Below, one piece after another: positions 1 through 13,400 of a stretch of DNA of 64,000 bases. Position 1 is the first letter of the stretch. Each line of letters starts with the position of its first letter. This DNA comes from Chiloscyllium plagiosum (lineage: Eukaryota), in assembly GCF_004010195.1 (NCBI RefSeq), contig NC_057719.1, positions 27,711,458 to 27,775,457 of the forward strand, written 5' to 3'. The notes beneath the pieces were generated by a model that worked only from the letters and a program-made list of their open reading frames with translations, was not told where the DNA came from and searched no databases. Position numbers and translations under genes: made by a program.

Positions 1-94
1 TCAGTCCTGAAAGATACCGACAGGTATGAAACCAGTGCAACAAGAATTGCCTAAAGAAGTTCTTGCCTAATTTGTCAGCATGTAAACATGTACA

Positions 95-306
95 TAGAAC
101 TTAGAACAGTACAGCACAGAACAGGCCCTTCAGCCCACGATGTTGTGCCGACCATTGATCCTCATGTAAGGTAAACCTAATATACGAACCCTCAAATTTC
201 TGTGACCATATGCATGTCCAGCAGTCTCTTAAATATCCCCAATGACCTCGCTTCCACAACTGCTGCTGGCAACGCATTTCATGCTCTCACAACTCTCTGT
301 GTAAAG
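95..306 (-). mobile_element. CR1-type LINE 3' end fragment
   Basis: tagaac-type tail and acaggcccttcagcccacg motif, similar to other CR1 tails in the window. Confidence 0.6.
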
Positions 307-512
307 CTCATGGCCAATGGTGTGTAAGGGCAAAGAACAAGCAGCAGTTTTCACTTGAATCAAATGCCAGGAACCCGGCAGGGTTAGCCACTCTGCACCT
401 TGAAAGTCGGCGGTGAAAGCTGATATTGCCCGCCATAGCTATGGAATACTCCATGGTATCTCAAGCTGGCTGGCGAACAGGACTTCGACACCCTCCTGCC
501 TTACAAAGCAAT

Positions 513-637
513 AAAAACAAGGACTGCAGATGGCTGGAAACCAGAGTCTAGATTAGAGTGGTGCTGGAAAAGCACAGCAGGTCAGGCAGCATCCGAGGAG
601 CAGGAAAAAAAAACATCGACATTTCGGGCAAAAGCCC
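513..637 (-). mobile_element. Short Penelope-terminus insertion with about 15-bp TSD
   Basis: aaaaacaaggactgcaga...tttcgggcaaaagccc flanked by gccttacaaagcaat (498-512) and gccctacaaagcaat (634-648). Confidence 0.75.
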
Positions 638-2149
638 TACAAAGCAATCAGACTGTCCAGCAGCCCTATCAGCCCAGGTTAGAGCAGTAGCCAACACTGC
701 AATCCCCAGAGAGGTTGAGCTAACAGAGGCCAGACTTCAGGTAAGTCTGGCGTATTGATGGGACCAGGCTAATAGACACCAGGGAGGGAGCAGAATGTTT
801 ATTCTGGGGTGGGGAAGCAGTGAGGCAGACAGAAAGAGTAACATGGGGGGAAAAGGTGGGGCTCTTCCAGGAGCATGGTGACACCCAGAAAGAGGATCTT
901 CCCAACACCACCATCCCCCAAACTTGCCCAATAAAAACTGCCAGGCATACACAGCTACCATGTTTCCCCCCCACCCCTTACCATGGGTAAAATAGGGGCC
1001 AGGGCAGGAGCAGGCACTTTTGTGGTCATTAACTGGATAATAAAAGGCATTCCTCTGTAAAACGGGAGGAGAGATCAGGATGGGCAGGCAGGTAGTGTAC
1101 AGGCCACAGCTTTTTATAATCGAGCACAGTTCCCCCAACTAATCCCATCTTCAAATCCACTTCAGGGAAAGTAAAGTTCTACCAGTGGGAAAATTTCCCA
1201 CGTCAAATGGTCTGTTGCTTTATGCTCACTTTTTTAAAGCAGTTGGCCTCATTATATCTTTTTCCTATGATAAAAAATGATTAAACATTCACAATATTAT
1301 TAAGACATCCTGCAGAATGAAGCCTAGTTTATTCCAAAGTTGTGAGCTAGCTAGATAGTCACAATTGATGACAAACCAGTTAAAAGTATCACAATAATGT
1401 TCTGAACCTTTGGATAGACATTTAAAAAAGCCACTTTCTACCTAAATATATTTTGAATATATTCTGCATCCTGTAATGAGAAAGGTGTCAAAAGAAAATT
1501 AATATCAAGTAAATTTAAAATGTTTAGTTTGAAGAATACAAATTCCATACCTTCTGAAATAAATTGTGGGAAAACAATCTGTGGAGAGCTGAAGCTCATC
1601 TTGATAACTCTGCCTTTCTGTAGATGGTCCTATTCAGAAGGGATTTCAGGACAGCAACCATTCATTTCACAGATGCAAACAAAAGCCAAACTTCAAATCA
1701 GAGTTACACTGGAGGAGCAATGCTGCAGGTAAACAACGTTAAATTCACGGGAAGAAAAGCAGTAAATCCTTTCCACAGACCTCCAATGGTCACAATATTG
1801 TATTGTTTAATCTCGGCAGAAAATCAGTCTTTCACACAAAAAAACTGACACACTAAAGCTCTTAAATCAAATGAATTGTTTTATAATGCACAATGCAGAC
1901 TTACATCAATAGTGCCTACAATTTAGTGAAGTATTTCATTGGCTCCTTAGGGCAGCTTTGCAGTTCTGAAAGATGCTGTGGAGCAGCATTTCTTTTGAGT
2001 CCTAGCTATCTTTTACACGGTTAGAATCGACGTGCTATTTCTAACAACACAAGGTATAAAGCTCATCCTATTTTGAAATCATCCTGATGAAAATTGCACA
2101 CTGCACTGATGATTTTAGAACTGCACTTTTCCCAATATCACTATATATA

Positions 2150-2275
2150 GAGCAGACAAAACAGTATCTGTCTGGAGAGAAACAGAAAAGTTAAGACCTT
2201 TCATCAGGTATGATTTCATCAGTTCTGATAAACAGACCCAGAACTGTTTATCTGTCTCCACACAAACTGCTGCTT
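2150..2275. mobile_element. Degenerate fold-back Penelope-terminus-like element (older family)
   Basis: Similar to copies at about 3225-3300, 9335-9560, 20205-20385, 23810-23880 and 44150-44280. Confidence 0.45.
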
Positions 2276-3914
2276 AAATGGAGCTTTGTTTTACTACAGC
2301 AGGATGGATATCAAGATTCATCATGATTTGAAGGATGTGTAGCATACACCAGAACATGAAGGGACCCCAGCCCTTACCATCAGCTATCCAGGGAGTAGCT
2401 GAGGACCAGGTACATTGGTGGCAACGGTGGTGGTGGGGGGGGGTAAGAAAGATAGAGGCAATCTTGACAGTGCCTTCACCCCAAAGAGGAATCTTCATGA
2501 AGAACTCATCCATTGCATTAGCCACCACCCAATTCCAATTTGACCAGCACTTCCGGACCACTATTTCGTCACTGCATTCACATGGCCACAATGGAAAAGT
2601 AATAGAAACCAAAAAAAAATACCCCTAACCAAATTTAATCAATAGAATAAACCATACTGCAAAAAAAGTCAATCATCCTTCTCTAATCCTTTAATGCCTG
2701 ACTTTGAGATGCCCTTTCCTATCCTAATGGATCAAATGTTGTACTATCCCAGAGACCCAAAGCTGGCAGCTGGAGGATGACTTTCTGTGGAAGCGGGTGC
2801 AGATCGCATTAAAGGGGGATCTCAAGCAAACCTGGGCCTAGAAGGCCTGGCTTCAGACTGTTCCACTTTTGCACAGAGGACAGCATTTTTTGTTGAGTAG
2901 ATGACAAGTGTGAGATTGTTATCCTGGAGAGAGGACATGGAGCAGTTTAATCTAGAAGCACAATAACAGCGGTCTGAGCACTCAGTCAGAGTGGTTACTG
3001 CTTGTACAAAATTTAGAGCAGGCGTTGCCCTTCGAGCATTTAGTAACATCACTGCTGATCTGATTGTAACCTCCTAACAGTATTCCTTCCTGGCCCCTTC
3101 ATCTCCTTTCTTAATAAGGATTGATCTATTTCTGCCTTAAGAATATTCAATAACGTTGCTTCCATTACCTTTTGAGGGAGACAGGCATGCATAATCACCC
3201 CATCAAATTTAAAGCTAATTATAACATAAACAAAAAGCGAGAAACTCAGGAAGTCTGACAGCATCAGTGGAGAGAAAGCAGAGTTAACATTTTGAGTCCA
3301 GGAACACAAATCATTTTCTAAGTTTTCTTTGAAATTTGATTTCAGTTACAATGCCCCATTGGGAATGACAAATTCTAATCTAGTTTTATGTAATCCACTG
3401 TTTTTATTAAGTTAAAATAAGAGAGGATTGGGAACAACACACTACTACAGTCACCAGTCACTGTTGGATGGTAACCAGAACATACCATAAGGTTGGTCTA
3501 ATTTGTTTGGTCTGCCATTCAAACGTAGTTGTTAAATTTTTTCCAACTCCATTCTCCACACTTCTCCCTGTTACCATTGATCCCCTTACTAATCAAGCAC
3601 CTACAGATTTCTGTCTTAAATACACTCAATGGCTTGATCTCCACAGATTCAATAGCCTTTGGCTGAATAAATTCCTCTTCATCTCACTTCTAAACTGTTG
3701 TCCCTTCACAGCAAGACTGCTGCTCATGGCTCCATTACATACATACTTTGTTTCCTGCTGCTTCTGCCCAGGTTGCTGTCACCAGCGGGAAGCACCATCT
3801 GGGAAAGTGGTGCCAGCCTCTGCCTTTCTCTAAATGATCCAGCTGCCCAGCTGTTATGTGCCTCTACGGCTGCCATGGCAAGGTTGGGAACATCCTGTTC
3901 TCCGATTCCCAGTG

Positions 3915-4180
3915 CTGACTGAGGGATAAATATTGGCCAGTACAGATAACTCCCCTCCTCTCTTCCACACAATGGTGCCAAGGAATCTTTTATTTCCACC
4001 TGATGGGGCAGAATGAGACTCCGTTTAAACACTTCATCCAAAAGATATGCCCTTTGACAGTATTGCACTCTCTCAATACTGCACGAGAGCATCAGCTTTG
4101 ATTGTAATGCCCAAGTCCTGATGTGGGATTTGAATCCACAACATTCTAACTCAAAGAATTATCAACTGTATTACAGCTAC
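3915..4180 (-). mobile_element. DeuSINE (SacSINE1/AmnSINE1-like Deu domain)
   Basis: The reverse complement contains gtgcaatactgtcaaagggcatatcttttggatgaagtgtttaaac...ggccaatatttatccctca and a tRNA-like head. Confidence 0.7.
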
Positions 4181-4274
4181 CATTTCAACAAATCTTTGAG
4201 CAATTCTGTGATTCTTGTTCTGTTACAGCTGAGGTGGTGAGAGGGGAAAGAATCAATGACACTTTAATTCTCTA

Positions 4275-4430
4275 GTGTGGGTGTGCGAGTCCGAGTGCGA
4301 GTGCAAGTGCGTGTGTGAGAGCATGTGAGCAAGTGAGTGAGTACGTGAACGCGAGTGTGTGAGCGTGTCTGTATGTGAAAGTGTGAGCGAGTGATAGAGC
4401 ATGTGAGCCTGTGAGTGAACGAGCTGAATG
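4275..4430. repeat. Degenerate (GT/GA/GC)n microsatellite
   Basis: gtgtgcgagtccgagtgcgagtg... low-complexity run. Confidence 0.8.
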
Positions 4431-4689
4431 TGGATTTTATCTAAACTACATTTTTAAGTGGCTGCAGCTGGGAGATGGGTACTAATGTGGCACCACTTAT
4501 TGCAAAGTGGTTCTAGTTATAGGAAGAGATGATGGAATTCAGCCTGGAGGTGGGTGTCAAAGCTCTCAAATCTTGCAGGAACACTGCTTATACATTATTG
4601 ATAGTAATGAAATAAATAAGGTACATTAAGCACCAATACTGTTACAATTTTATCATAAAAAAAGCTTTGTATGGAAAACAACAGATAAT

Positions 4690-5330
4690 TTGTTTTATTC
4701 ACTTGTGAGATGTGGGTGTCGCTGGCAGGCCAGTATTCATTGCCTGTCCCTGGTTACCTCTGAGAAGGTGATGGTGAGCTGCCTTCTTGAACCGCTGCAG
4801 TCCATGTGCTGCGGGTGCAGCCACAAAGCTGTTAGGGAGCAAATTCCAGGATTTTGATCCAGTGACACTTAAGGAATGGCAAGATATTTCTAAGTCAGGA
4901 TGGTGAGTGGCTTGGACAGGAACTTGAAGATGGTGGTGTTCCCTTGTCCTTCTAGATGGAAGTGGTCCTTCTAGTTTGGAAGGGGTTGTCTGATCTAAAG
5001 ACACTTGGTAAATTCTGCAGTGCAGCATGTAGATGGCACACACTGCTGCTCCTGAGCGTCAGTGGTGAAGGGAATGAATGTTTGTCGAATCGGGGAGATG
5101 CTTTGTGCTGAATGGTACCATGCTTCATGAGTGTTTTTGAAGCTGCACTCTTCCAGAAAACTCTGGAGTATTCCATCACACTCCTGACTGGTAGCTCATA
5201 GATAGTGGACAGGCTTTGGGTAGTTAGGAGATGAGATACTCACAGGCAGTATTCCCAGCCTCTGATCTGCTCTTGTAGCCACGATTTTGTATGGATAGTC
5301 TAGTTCAGTTTCTGGTCAATGGTAATCCTC
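4690..5330 (-). mobile_element. Non-LTR retrotransposon 3' fragment (clade not determined)
   Basis: Broken frames resembling an RT C-terminus (MMEYS..W.SAA..TL.K; VCAIYMLHC). A related 3' tail occurs at 52280-52500 (+) and in a SINE at about 24980-25320. Confidence 0.6.
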
Positions 5331-7764
5331 ACTTTTGCCAATGAGGTACTATTATATGTCTTTTTTTTAAATGTTGTTATGTCAGTTACAAATTAACACA
5401 GACTGGAACAACAGCTTCTGGAGATAAAACAACCCTGAAGGACAGAGAGAGCACAAAAGAAGTCAAACTGGGAAAAAAAATTAACAAAAAAGGTTGTGTA
5501 ACATTGGTTCATATTTATAAAGGAGTTAATCCATGAAAAACATATGTAAACAGTAATGAGATGCCATTTATAAAGAAAGCGGATCAATTTATTTCAATAA
5601 AGATGGAGTATATAAACCATTAAAAGGAAAGATGTTGAAATGGATTGTATAGTGAACTTGGGGAAAGATTATGAATGTGTCACAACTGTTTGAGTACACA
5701 ATATATTGCATATTTTGTAAGCAAAGCCATTCTGTCTTTATAATGGTAATCTTACAAAATGCCTCCCAAAGTCACATGACCAACCTTGCTCGTTTCAGTT
5801 AGTATTGGGACTAGACAGTCCTTAGCTCACGAAAGAAGTCGCAAGAGACCTTTTCGATTTCAATTAACATTTTTCTTGGAAAATGTGAGCAAATTCCTTG
5901 GAAATAGTGCCCCTAAAGGTGAGATTTGTTATCCTATCCCTGACAACGACAGCCATCCAAACTAATGGCAAAGACAGTTAAATATTCAATTCCCAACTAA
6001 AAGACAGAATGGATATATAGTCTGTGTCCTCGGCCCAGGCAACCCAAAACTAATACAGAAGCTTAACTTGCCAGTTTTGGGACAGCAGCCATGTTTAAGT
6101 TTTGATCTCTACATCTATGAACACACCATTGTGTGTGAGTGCAGAAATCTTGAAGACCATGAGATGAGATTTCTTGACACTGCTTCTTAAACAGGGAGAC
6201 AGAGGATGGTAAACTTACAAAAGGATTGAATGAAGATAAGGACAATAACCTACAGTGCTGTAAAAGGCAAAACAAAATGAGCCTTCACCCTCTCCCTACC
6301 AGAACATACAGTCACCGAGATCCACAGCACAGCTCTGCAGCCCATCACATCTGAGACAGTCAAAAACAAGCACCTAATTCTAATCTACAGTGAGTTCTGA
6401 ATTCCCACACTCCTCTGGGTAAAAAAAGATTTTCCTTACATCTCCAATAAAACTTCTGCTGCTTACCTTAAATCTATGTCTCTAATTATTGCTCCCTCCA
6501 CCAAGTGGAAAAGTTTCTTCCTAATTACCCTGTCTATGCCCCTTGTATTAATACATCTCAATCATATCCCCTGGCAATCAGTCTCCTTTGCTCTAAAGGT
6601 AAGCAACCACAAGCAAGTAACAGGCCAGCAAGAGACTTATCTTTTTTTTCATTTTCATGAGAGACTTTTAACTTTTCTCTCAAAGTTCATGAGCAATGTT
6701 TGATAATGTTTTATACAAACCTAAAACAAGGACTATTTGAACAAAGGACTATTCACATCTCAGGTGAACCATAACCACAACCCAGGGACACCTCGGAGTA
6801 GGGAGAGAGATGCCATCGACCTTTTGTTGTTGCAAGTCTGATCCAAAGGTATACTTAAAAAACAGAGTTAAAACCATCCCACTTTGAATTCAATTAGCCA
6901 ATTTAAAAAGGACAGGTCACTGTGGGCCCAACGCACTTAGATTCTGAAAGAAACCTTTGGAAGAGGCTGTACAGGCTCCAGTATCAAAATTCAGAACAAC
7001 AACAAGGTTCCAGAACTCTGACTCATGGCAAACTAGAACTCCAATCATCAAAAATTGAAACAACTTGACATCAGTGTCAGGGAAAATACCAGAGTCTTCA
7101 AGGGATCACATTTTTTCAAGAGCAAGAGTCCATAAACATTCTTCTCTTCAGATATTGTCCCTCTCTAGTGGGAATCTGCTACCATTACCACTCTCTTCAA
7201 AAAAAGAGGACCTTTGACCCCTCCATACTTACAAAGTAACACCCCATCATCCTTTGTCTAGAGGCCTTGAACACATTGTTCCCTCCCAACTAAATGCTTC
7301 TCCTCAATCCATAACAATCAAACATATTTTAAATTATATCTTGCTTTTTGGAAAATTTCCCATTATTTCTCCTTTTGTTTTCTCTGTACGAGAATGCATA
7401 ACCTTGATTCTGAACTGCAGCAGTGACAGTGATGTGAATTCTCTTGTTGTCTACTGTTAAACCATTCTCAGGTACCTCGGTCTGAAGGCAGTCAACCTGC
7501 TTCATGACTTCCATTCTGCAAAGCCAAAGGTTTCAGGGTTTTGAAGTGTTGCGCTTTCGATCTGAATGAATTCAACATTCTCACTCTTGTCCATGATTTA
7601 GGTCATTGTCCATTGTTTGCTGAACATAAAGCAATACCTAAAAGGGAGGGGAGTATGAAACTCATGCAACGATCTGAACTGAGGCAGGTCAATTTGCAAA
7701 GACAAAATGTTCATGTTCAAGATTTAGTTGTTTGAGGAGTTTTGTTTATGCTTAAGGTCAGTCT

Positions 7765-8071
7765 CTCATAGAACCCCTATAGCATGGAAACAGGCCTTTC
7801 AGCCCTACAAGTCCGCACTGTCCTCCAAAGAGTATCCCACCCAAACCCATTCCTCTACATTTACCCCTAACCTACACATCCCTGAACACTATGGGCAATT
7901 TAGCTTGGCTTCATCTAACCTGCACATCTTTGGATTGTGGGAGGAAACTGGAGCACCCGGAGGAAACCCGCACGGACACAAGGGGAACGTGCAGTCATCC
8001 GAGGCTGGAATCGAACCCAGGTCCCTGGCACTGTGAAGCTGCAGTGCTAACCACTGAGCCACCGTGCCACC
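7765..8071 (-). mobile_element. HE1-type (V-SINE) tRNA-derived SINE
   Basis: Minus-strand head ggtggcacggtggctcagtggttagcactgc, B-box gggttcgattcc, V-domain tgcgggtttcctccgggtgctccagtttcctccc, CR1-like tail. Confidence 0.9.
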
Positions 8072-9060
8072 TCTGCTTTCATATTTGAATACATCAAGTG
8101 TGATAAGGTTCATTTTTAAACAAAAAGACCGAAAACCAAAGAAGATACATGCATTCCAGAGGTCAGTTTGTTGCCCCTTTCATACAAGTGATATTTTTGC
8201 AGTTTACTCATGTTAAAAATATACCACAAGCCTGTGCTCAATTGCAAGCTAGACTGATGGGATTAAAGGTACTTCCTTTCTGTACTTCATCATGTTTCTG
8301 AATGCAAAGATGTGAAAAATAAACTGACGACAATCCTGTCAAAATTGTCAGTCTTGCAAACAAAGTTAGCATGCCAAAAAAAACGTTAGTTAAGGATGAG
8401 GAATTTGAAATTAAAGGTACACTGCTGCAAGGTATGTAAACAGCTTCATTTTGTAAATAAACGACTGGTACAATGAGCTTTGAAAAGCAATTTCTAACAG
8501 AAGCCTTCCTCCTGCCATTGCTTGCTGTGACTCAGGATCCCTACTCTGACATAGTTGTATCACATTTACAGTAGAGGAAGATAGTGGGCCAAGACAGTGC
8601 GCAATTCATTTGTCTGTTTTCACTGGGTCCTTTTCCTCAATCAGATGAGCTATTTGGTCCTCACCTCTTCAAATGAAGCTGCAAACAGTCAACCTTCAGA
8701 GATCATTGAAACCAGAAGTTGCTGATGGCAATGTCCGCCATCTTCATATTTCACCAGGGGCCGTTATCGGGGGAGGTAGGTCACGCCAGTGGTCATTCCA
8801 CCGCACAGGCGTTGTTAGTTTAACAATGAGTATGTGCTCATGGATACACCTGGACCTCAGACTTGGTGACATTGGCCTTGCCCCAAGTTGTCAGGATATG
8901 TGGCTGAGACAGCAAAAATGAAAACAGTCAGCTTTTTCTCATACCTAGCACATATTACCCAGCTCTCACCTGTAGAAGAGCACACCAAGGATGCAGGCTT
9001 GATACAACACTCTCAGTTTGGTTCTCTCAGTCAGGTTGCTGTTGCCTCACACATTCAGAG

Positions 9061-9308
9061 CAGCTGCAACCCTTACAGTGCATGCACTGATCAGCTATAA
9101 CCCTTACAGTGCATACTCTGATCAGCTATAACCCTTACAGTACATACTCTGATCAGCTACAACCCTTACAGTGCATGCACTGATCAGCTACAACCCTTAC
9201 AGTGCATGCACTGATCAACTACAACCCTTACAGTACATACTCTGATCAGCTACAACCCTTACAGTACATACTCTGATCAGCTACAACCCTTACAGTGCAT
9301 GCACTGAT
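9061..9308. repeat. 31-bp minisatellite, 8 copies
   Basis: Unit cagctacaacccttacagt(g/a)cat(gca/act)ctgat repeated head-to-tail. Confidence 0.95.
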
Positions 9309-9334
9309 CTCAGCATTATGTGGCAGATCATTAG

Positions 9335-9560
9335 TAACAAAAAACAGAAAATTGCTGGAGAAACACAGCAGGTCTGGCAACATCCTTCTTCAGAACTGAC
9401 TGTCACTAGGCAAAGGTGGGGTTGGGGGTTTAGGGTTAATAGACCCAAAATTTTAATTCTGCTTTCTCTCCACAGATGCTGCCACACTTGCTGAGTTCTT
9501 CCAGCAACATCTGTTCTTGCTTTTGATTTCTAGTATCTGCAGTTCTCTCTGTTTATTTTT
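9335..9560. mobile_element. Fold-back Penelope-terminus-like element (older family)
   Basis: aaaacagaaaattgctggagaaacacagcaggtctggc, with an inverted counterpart ...gagttcttccagcaacatctgttc. Confidence 0.6.
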
Positions 9561-9699
9561 TTGACAGATTGCGAGTGATTGTGGAGAAGAGAATGTGAAG
9601 CTATCAACAGTCTCTGGAATCACAATGACTGTGCTGACAACAGCAGCCTGGCAACCTCATGTTGCATGGTATTTACCTTCCTGATACTGATGGACAAAC

Positions 9700-10260
9700 C
9701 AAACCATGATATTTTTGTTGTTTCATATATGAATAGTTTGCAGCATCTGTGTAGATCACTCTCTAATGGGGACCAGGAACATTGTTGTCATGGATCTCAA
9801 ACAAGCAAAACAGAACAGTTTACTGTCAGTTCTGGGGAACAAGAGGATACCTTGTGTTAGAAAGCCTGAAAGCATATGACAACTAAAATAGAAGAACCAA
9901 AAGTAAAAAGATAAAATGCTGGTGCCAGAACACAATTCTTGTTTGATCCTACTGCCAATCTCAAATCATAATTTGATGTTTGTCCTTATTAACCACTTTA
10001 TCTTAGAAAGAGGTGAGCTTTGGTGGGCAACCAATTTACTCCAGCAGATCGATGAAGGAAATACATAATGAACTCCTTTGTTCACAACATTTCTCTTGAT
10101 CTTCACAGTGCAGCAGACATGCATGTCACTTGTAGATTGTCTACTTCTGATAACAGTGGGATTCAGGGTGGCTGTGTTTAGTAGTGAGATGCTTTGACAG
10201 TTATTGCAATTACTGTGGACATTCTTGCTCTTGTACAAGGTCTCTGCCATCATGGTTTCT
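9700..10260 (-). mobile_element. Decayed RTE-clade LINE reverse transcriptase remnant
   Basis: TLYKSKNVHSNCNNCQSISLLNTA resembles RTE TLYKNKGDRSDCNNYRGISLL. At about 9920-9950 a broken G.KQ.CVLAP motif is followed by F..LLSYAF-like sequence. Confidence 0.65.
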
Positions 10261-10873
10261 CCTGGGGCACTACAGTCTGCCTCCATCAGAGGAAACAGTT
10301 CATGCTGTAGGAATGCTGGCTCCACTGCTTAAGGAGTTCAGATGGTAGAACATCAGCATCTGAAGCATTACCCATGGCAAGTGAGTCAATAGCTCTGCAA
10401 ACCTCCTCCTCCACTATGGTCTCTATGTCCAGCTCTGCCATGATAGGCAGTCATTCTATAGTATCCTCCTTCTGCTACAATGCTATTGCCAGAGCACAAC
10501 TCAAAAAGAGAGAACCAATTCTGCCCTACCTCTATAATATAGTCAAGGAGGACCATACTTCCCTTTGCTCTCAATTGAGTAGCTTTTCTGCCAATGGATT
10601 GGTCATCCTTTTGATCACTTCATCTCCCTAACGTTCTGGGTTGAAGGACATCCAGATATTCTAGCAGAGTTGATGCACTGTTTAGACTTTATGTTAGGCA
10701 GCTTTTATTGAACTCAGACATTTTTATGCTAATGAGCATGAACTGCTTGGTTTCAAAGTGATAAGTTCCATCACAATGATTTTAGCTCCAGACTAGTCAG
10801 CAATGTTCTGCTCTTCCCTCCCATATGTTGGGAATATTGACTTGTTGCATCCTGAGGGATGTTCTTTTTCACT

Positions 10874-11218
10874 TTAGAATTAGAATTAGAATCCCCACAG
10901 TGTGGAAACAGGCCCTTCGGCCCAACAAGTCCACACTGACCCTTCGGAGAGTAACCGACCCAGGCCAATTCCCCTATCCTATATTTACCCCTGACTAATG
11001 CACCTAACCTTCACTTCCCTGAACACTATGGGCAATTTAGCATGCACCTAACCTGCACATCTTTGGACTGTGGGAGGAAGCTAGAGCACCCAGAGGAAAC
11101 CCACACAAACATGGGGAAAATGTGCAAACTCCACACAGACAGTCACCCGAGGCTGGAATCGAACCTGGGTCCCTGGCACTGTGGGGCAGCAGTGCTAACT
11201 ACTCAGCCTCTGCACCAT
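10874..11218 (-). mobile_element. HE1-type V-SINE
   Basis: Same head, V-domain and tail as 7765-8071, with a (ttagaa)n terminal repeat. Confidence 0.9.
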
Positions 11219-11704
11219 GTGGGAATGCTGGACAGCACCTATTCAATTGAGTTACAGAACTGTTGATTTTTATTTGGCGAGGCACTGAGGAAGACAGTAT
11301 TGCTGCTTTGAATGAAATAATTCTAAGAATTGCATTCTCGTCCTACTCCATGCAGGCAGTGGTCTGCCTATCAGTTAGTGCTGAGGTACCCTGCATCTTT
11401 GGCGAATAGAGTTTAGAGATTAACATCATTGTCAATCAGATCCTACTGGTATCCACAGTCTGATTCTAAACCACTGCAGAATACCCATGGCATTGTTTGT
11501 TAAAAACTCAAATAATTCCTAATCATTGTCAATTATTTCCCCAAACCACAATGTCCAAGGCAGGAAGGACATATCTCCTTTATACATTGAACTCCCCCAA
11601 AGGGTAATCATACTCTGAGTTAGGGATTCAACATCATTTGCCTAAGGGTACACAGAATAGATTTTCATGAAGTTAATGGGTTCAGTGAGTTGAGAAGGAA
11701 ATGT

Positions 11705-11775
11705 AGAGAGTGAGAGAGAGCAAGAGAGAGAGTGTGTGTGCGCGCGCGCACCCGCGCGCTCGTGTGTGCATGTGA
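11705..11775. repeat. (GA)n-(GT)n-(GC)n compound microsatellite
   Basis: gagagagagagtgtgtgtgcgcgcgcgcacccgcgcgctcgtgtgtg. Confidence 0.85.
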
Positions 11776-12020
11776 GAAATCGGTTCTGTAATGAGTCCTG
11801 TAGTCTTGCAGTTGTTTTGACCTTTTTAGATGATTCGACTGGGACATTTGGGATAATAGTTAATCTCTGGATAGCAATTAAGCAAACACTTAAATGGCCT
11901 CACTGTGTTACATTATCTTGGTAAAGATCGATGGAATTGGTAAACTCACAGGAATACACTGTTACAAAATGCCCTTTGCCATTCAAATAGATTCTGGCTA
12001 AGCTTACAAATAATTGGAAT

Positions 12021-12150
12021 CCCTGAAGAAGGGCTCATGCCCGAAACGTCGATTCTCCTGCTCCTTGGATGCTGCCTGGCCTACTGCACTTTTCCAGCAA
12101 CACATTTTCGGCTCTGATCTCCAGCATCTGCAGTCCTCACTATCTCCTCC
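12021..12150 (+). mobile_element. Short Penelope-terminus insertion starting at a hammerhead-like core, about 13-bp TSD
   Basis: CTGAAGA-A-GGGCtcatGCCC-GAAAC-GTC at 12023-12050. Flanks aaataattggaat (12008-12020) and aaatgattggaat (12152-12164). Confidence 0.8.
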
Positions 12151-12979
12151 AAAATGATTGGAATGTCAAGCAATGAATCAGGAAGCAGACAGTCCAAAAT
12201 AAATGCAACGATTTTTTATTGTTCCTTTGGTTGAGCTCTAAGCAATCCCACTCTTGACTGACGTGTGGTTAACTAACACTGCTTTAATGTTAGCAGGCTG
12301 AACTCTATTCCAACTAGCTGAACTGTCAAAGGATTTGGATCTAAACTGTTAACTGTTGGTGACAACATACTATTCTGACGATCATTAATGTGTGCAATTC
12401 TCTTCTTCAAGATGTAGCTGAGGCTGGGTCATTGAATTTACTCAAAGTATTTAGATTGATGTTTATGAACTAGAGACCAAGGGTTGTGAGGGCAGGCAGG
12501 AAAGTGGAGTTGAGACCACAATCAAATCAAATCAGATCAGTTCAGTTCAGATCTTACTTAATGACAAATAATTATATGGACTACTCTTGCTCCAAGTCCT
12601 TAGGTTTCTACATTTGTAGATTTAGGAAAGTGACTGGAACACACAGCTTTATTTTCAACTCATGCAAGAATTGAAAAGCTCATAATAAGAAAGTTTTACA
12701 ATGTAATAAGTGACCTTCTGTAATACTAAATCAAAGTATAGGTAGATAAACAGTTTGATATATTCAACTATGCTAACTTTTCCTTGCACTACTTTTCAAA
12801 AAAGACAAGAATCTATTTCCATTTTGTTTTACTGGAATTGCAAACCTTCATATTTACTAAGACCATGCTTGAATGGCTTGTCTTCTCTCGACTCAGCATT
12901 TTGCTATTGACCTCGACTACATTAACAATGGAACTAAAGACATTTCCCAAGCAGAGAAAGCAAATGAGGGGAAATGGAA

Positions 12980-13400
12980 GGTAAGTTATGATAAATACCT
13001 ATCCACATATCACAAGTTACTTTTATATACATGTACTTGGATCGCTAAACAGATTTCAATATTCTATCAAATGTTGGGATCTTAACAAAGATTGAATATG
13101 TATAACACAAGCAAAAGGTAACTTGAAGCATGGCAAATTAATAAAAATGCAAGAAAGCAAAGGGTAGTTATTGAGGTTGAAGGCAGATCCAACAATGTTC
13201 CACAAGAATTTGTGCTGTGGCCACTGTTATTCATAACGTATATAAATGAGCTACATTTAGTAACTCATAACAGCATTAAAAATTGCAAATGATGCTAAAT
13301 TGTGGAGTACAGCTAACACTGAAGAAAAATGCAATATACAAAATGACAATCCAAAATGAGCACATGGGGCAGTTAAGTGGCAAATGAACTTCTATTTCAC
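12980..13400 (+). mobile_element. Old CR1 RT remnant
   Basis: Degenerate VPQ.FVL.PLLF..YINEL and KIANDAKL motifs ([12 protein letters not shown]...KFADDTKL). Confidence 0.6.

Noticed and set aside
9061..9308. CRISPR-like array (31-bp repeats with an internal palindrome)
   Set aside because: Units are head-to-tail with no unique spacers, the context is eukaryotic, and there are no cas genes.
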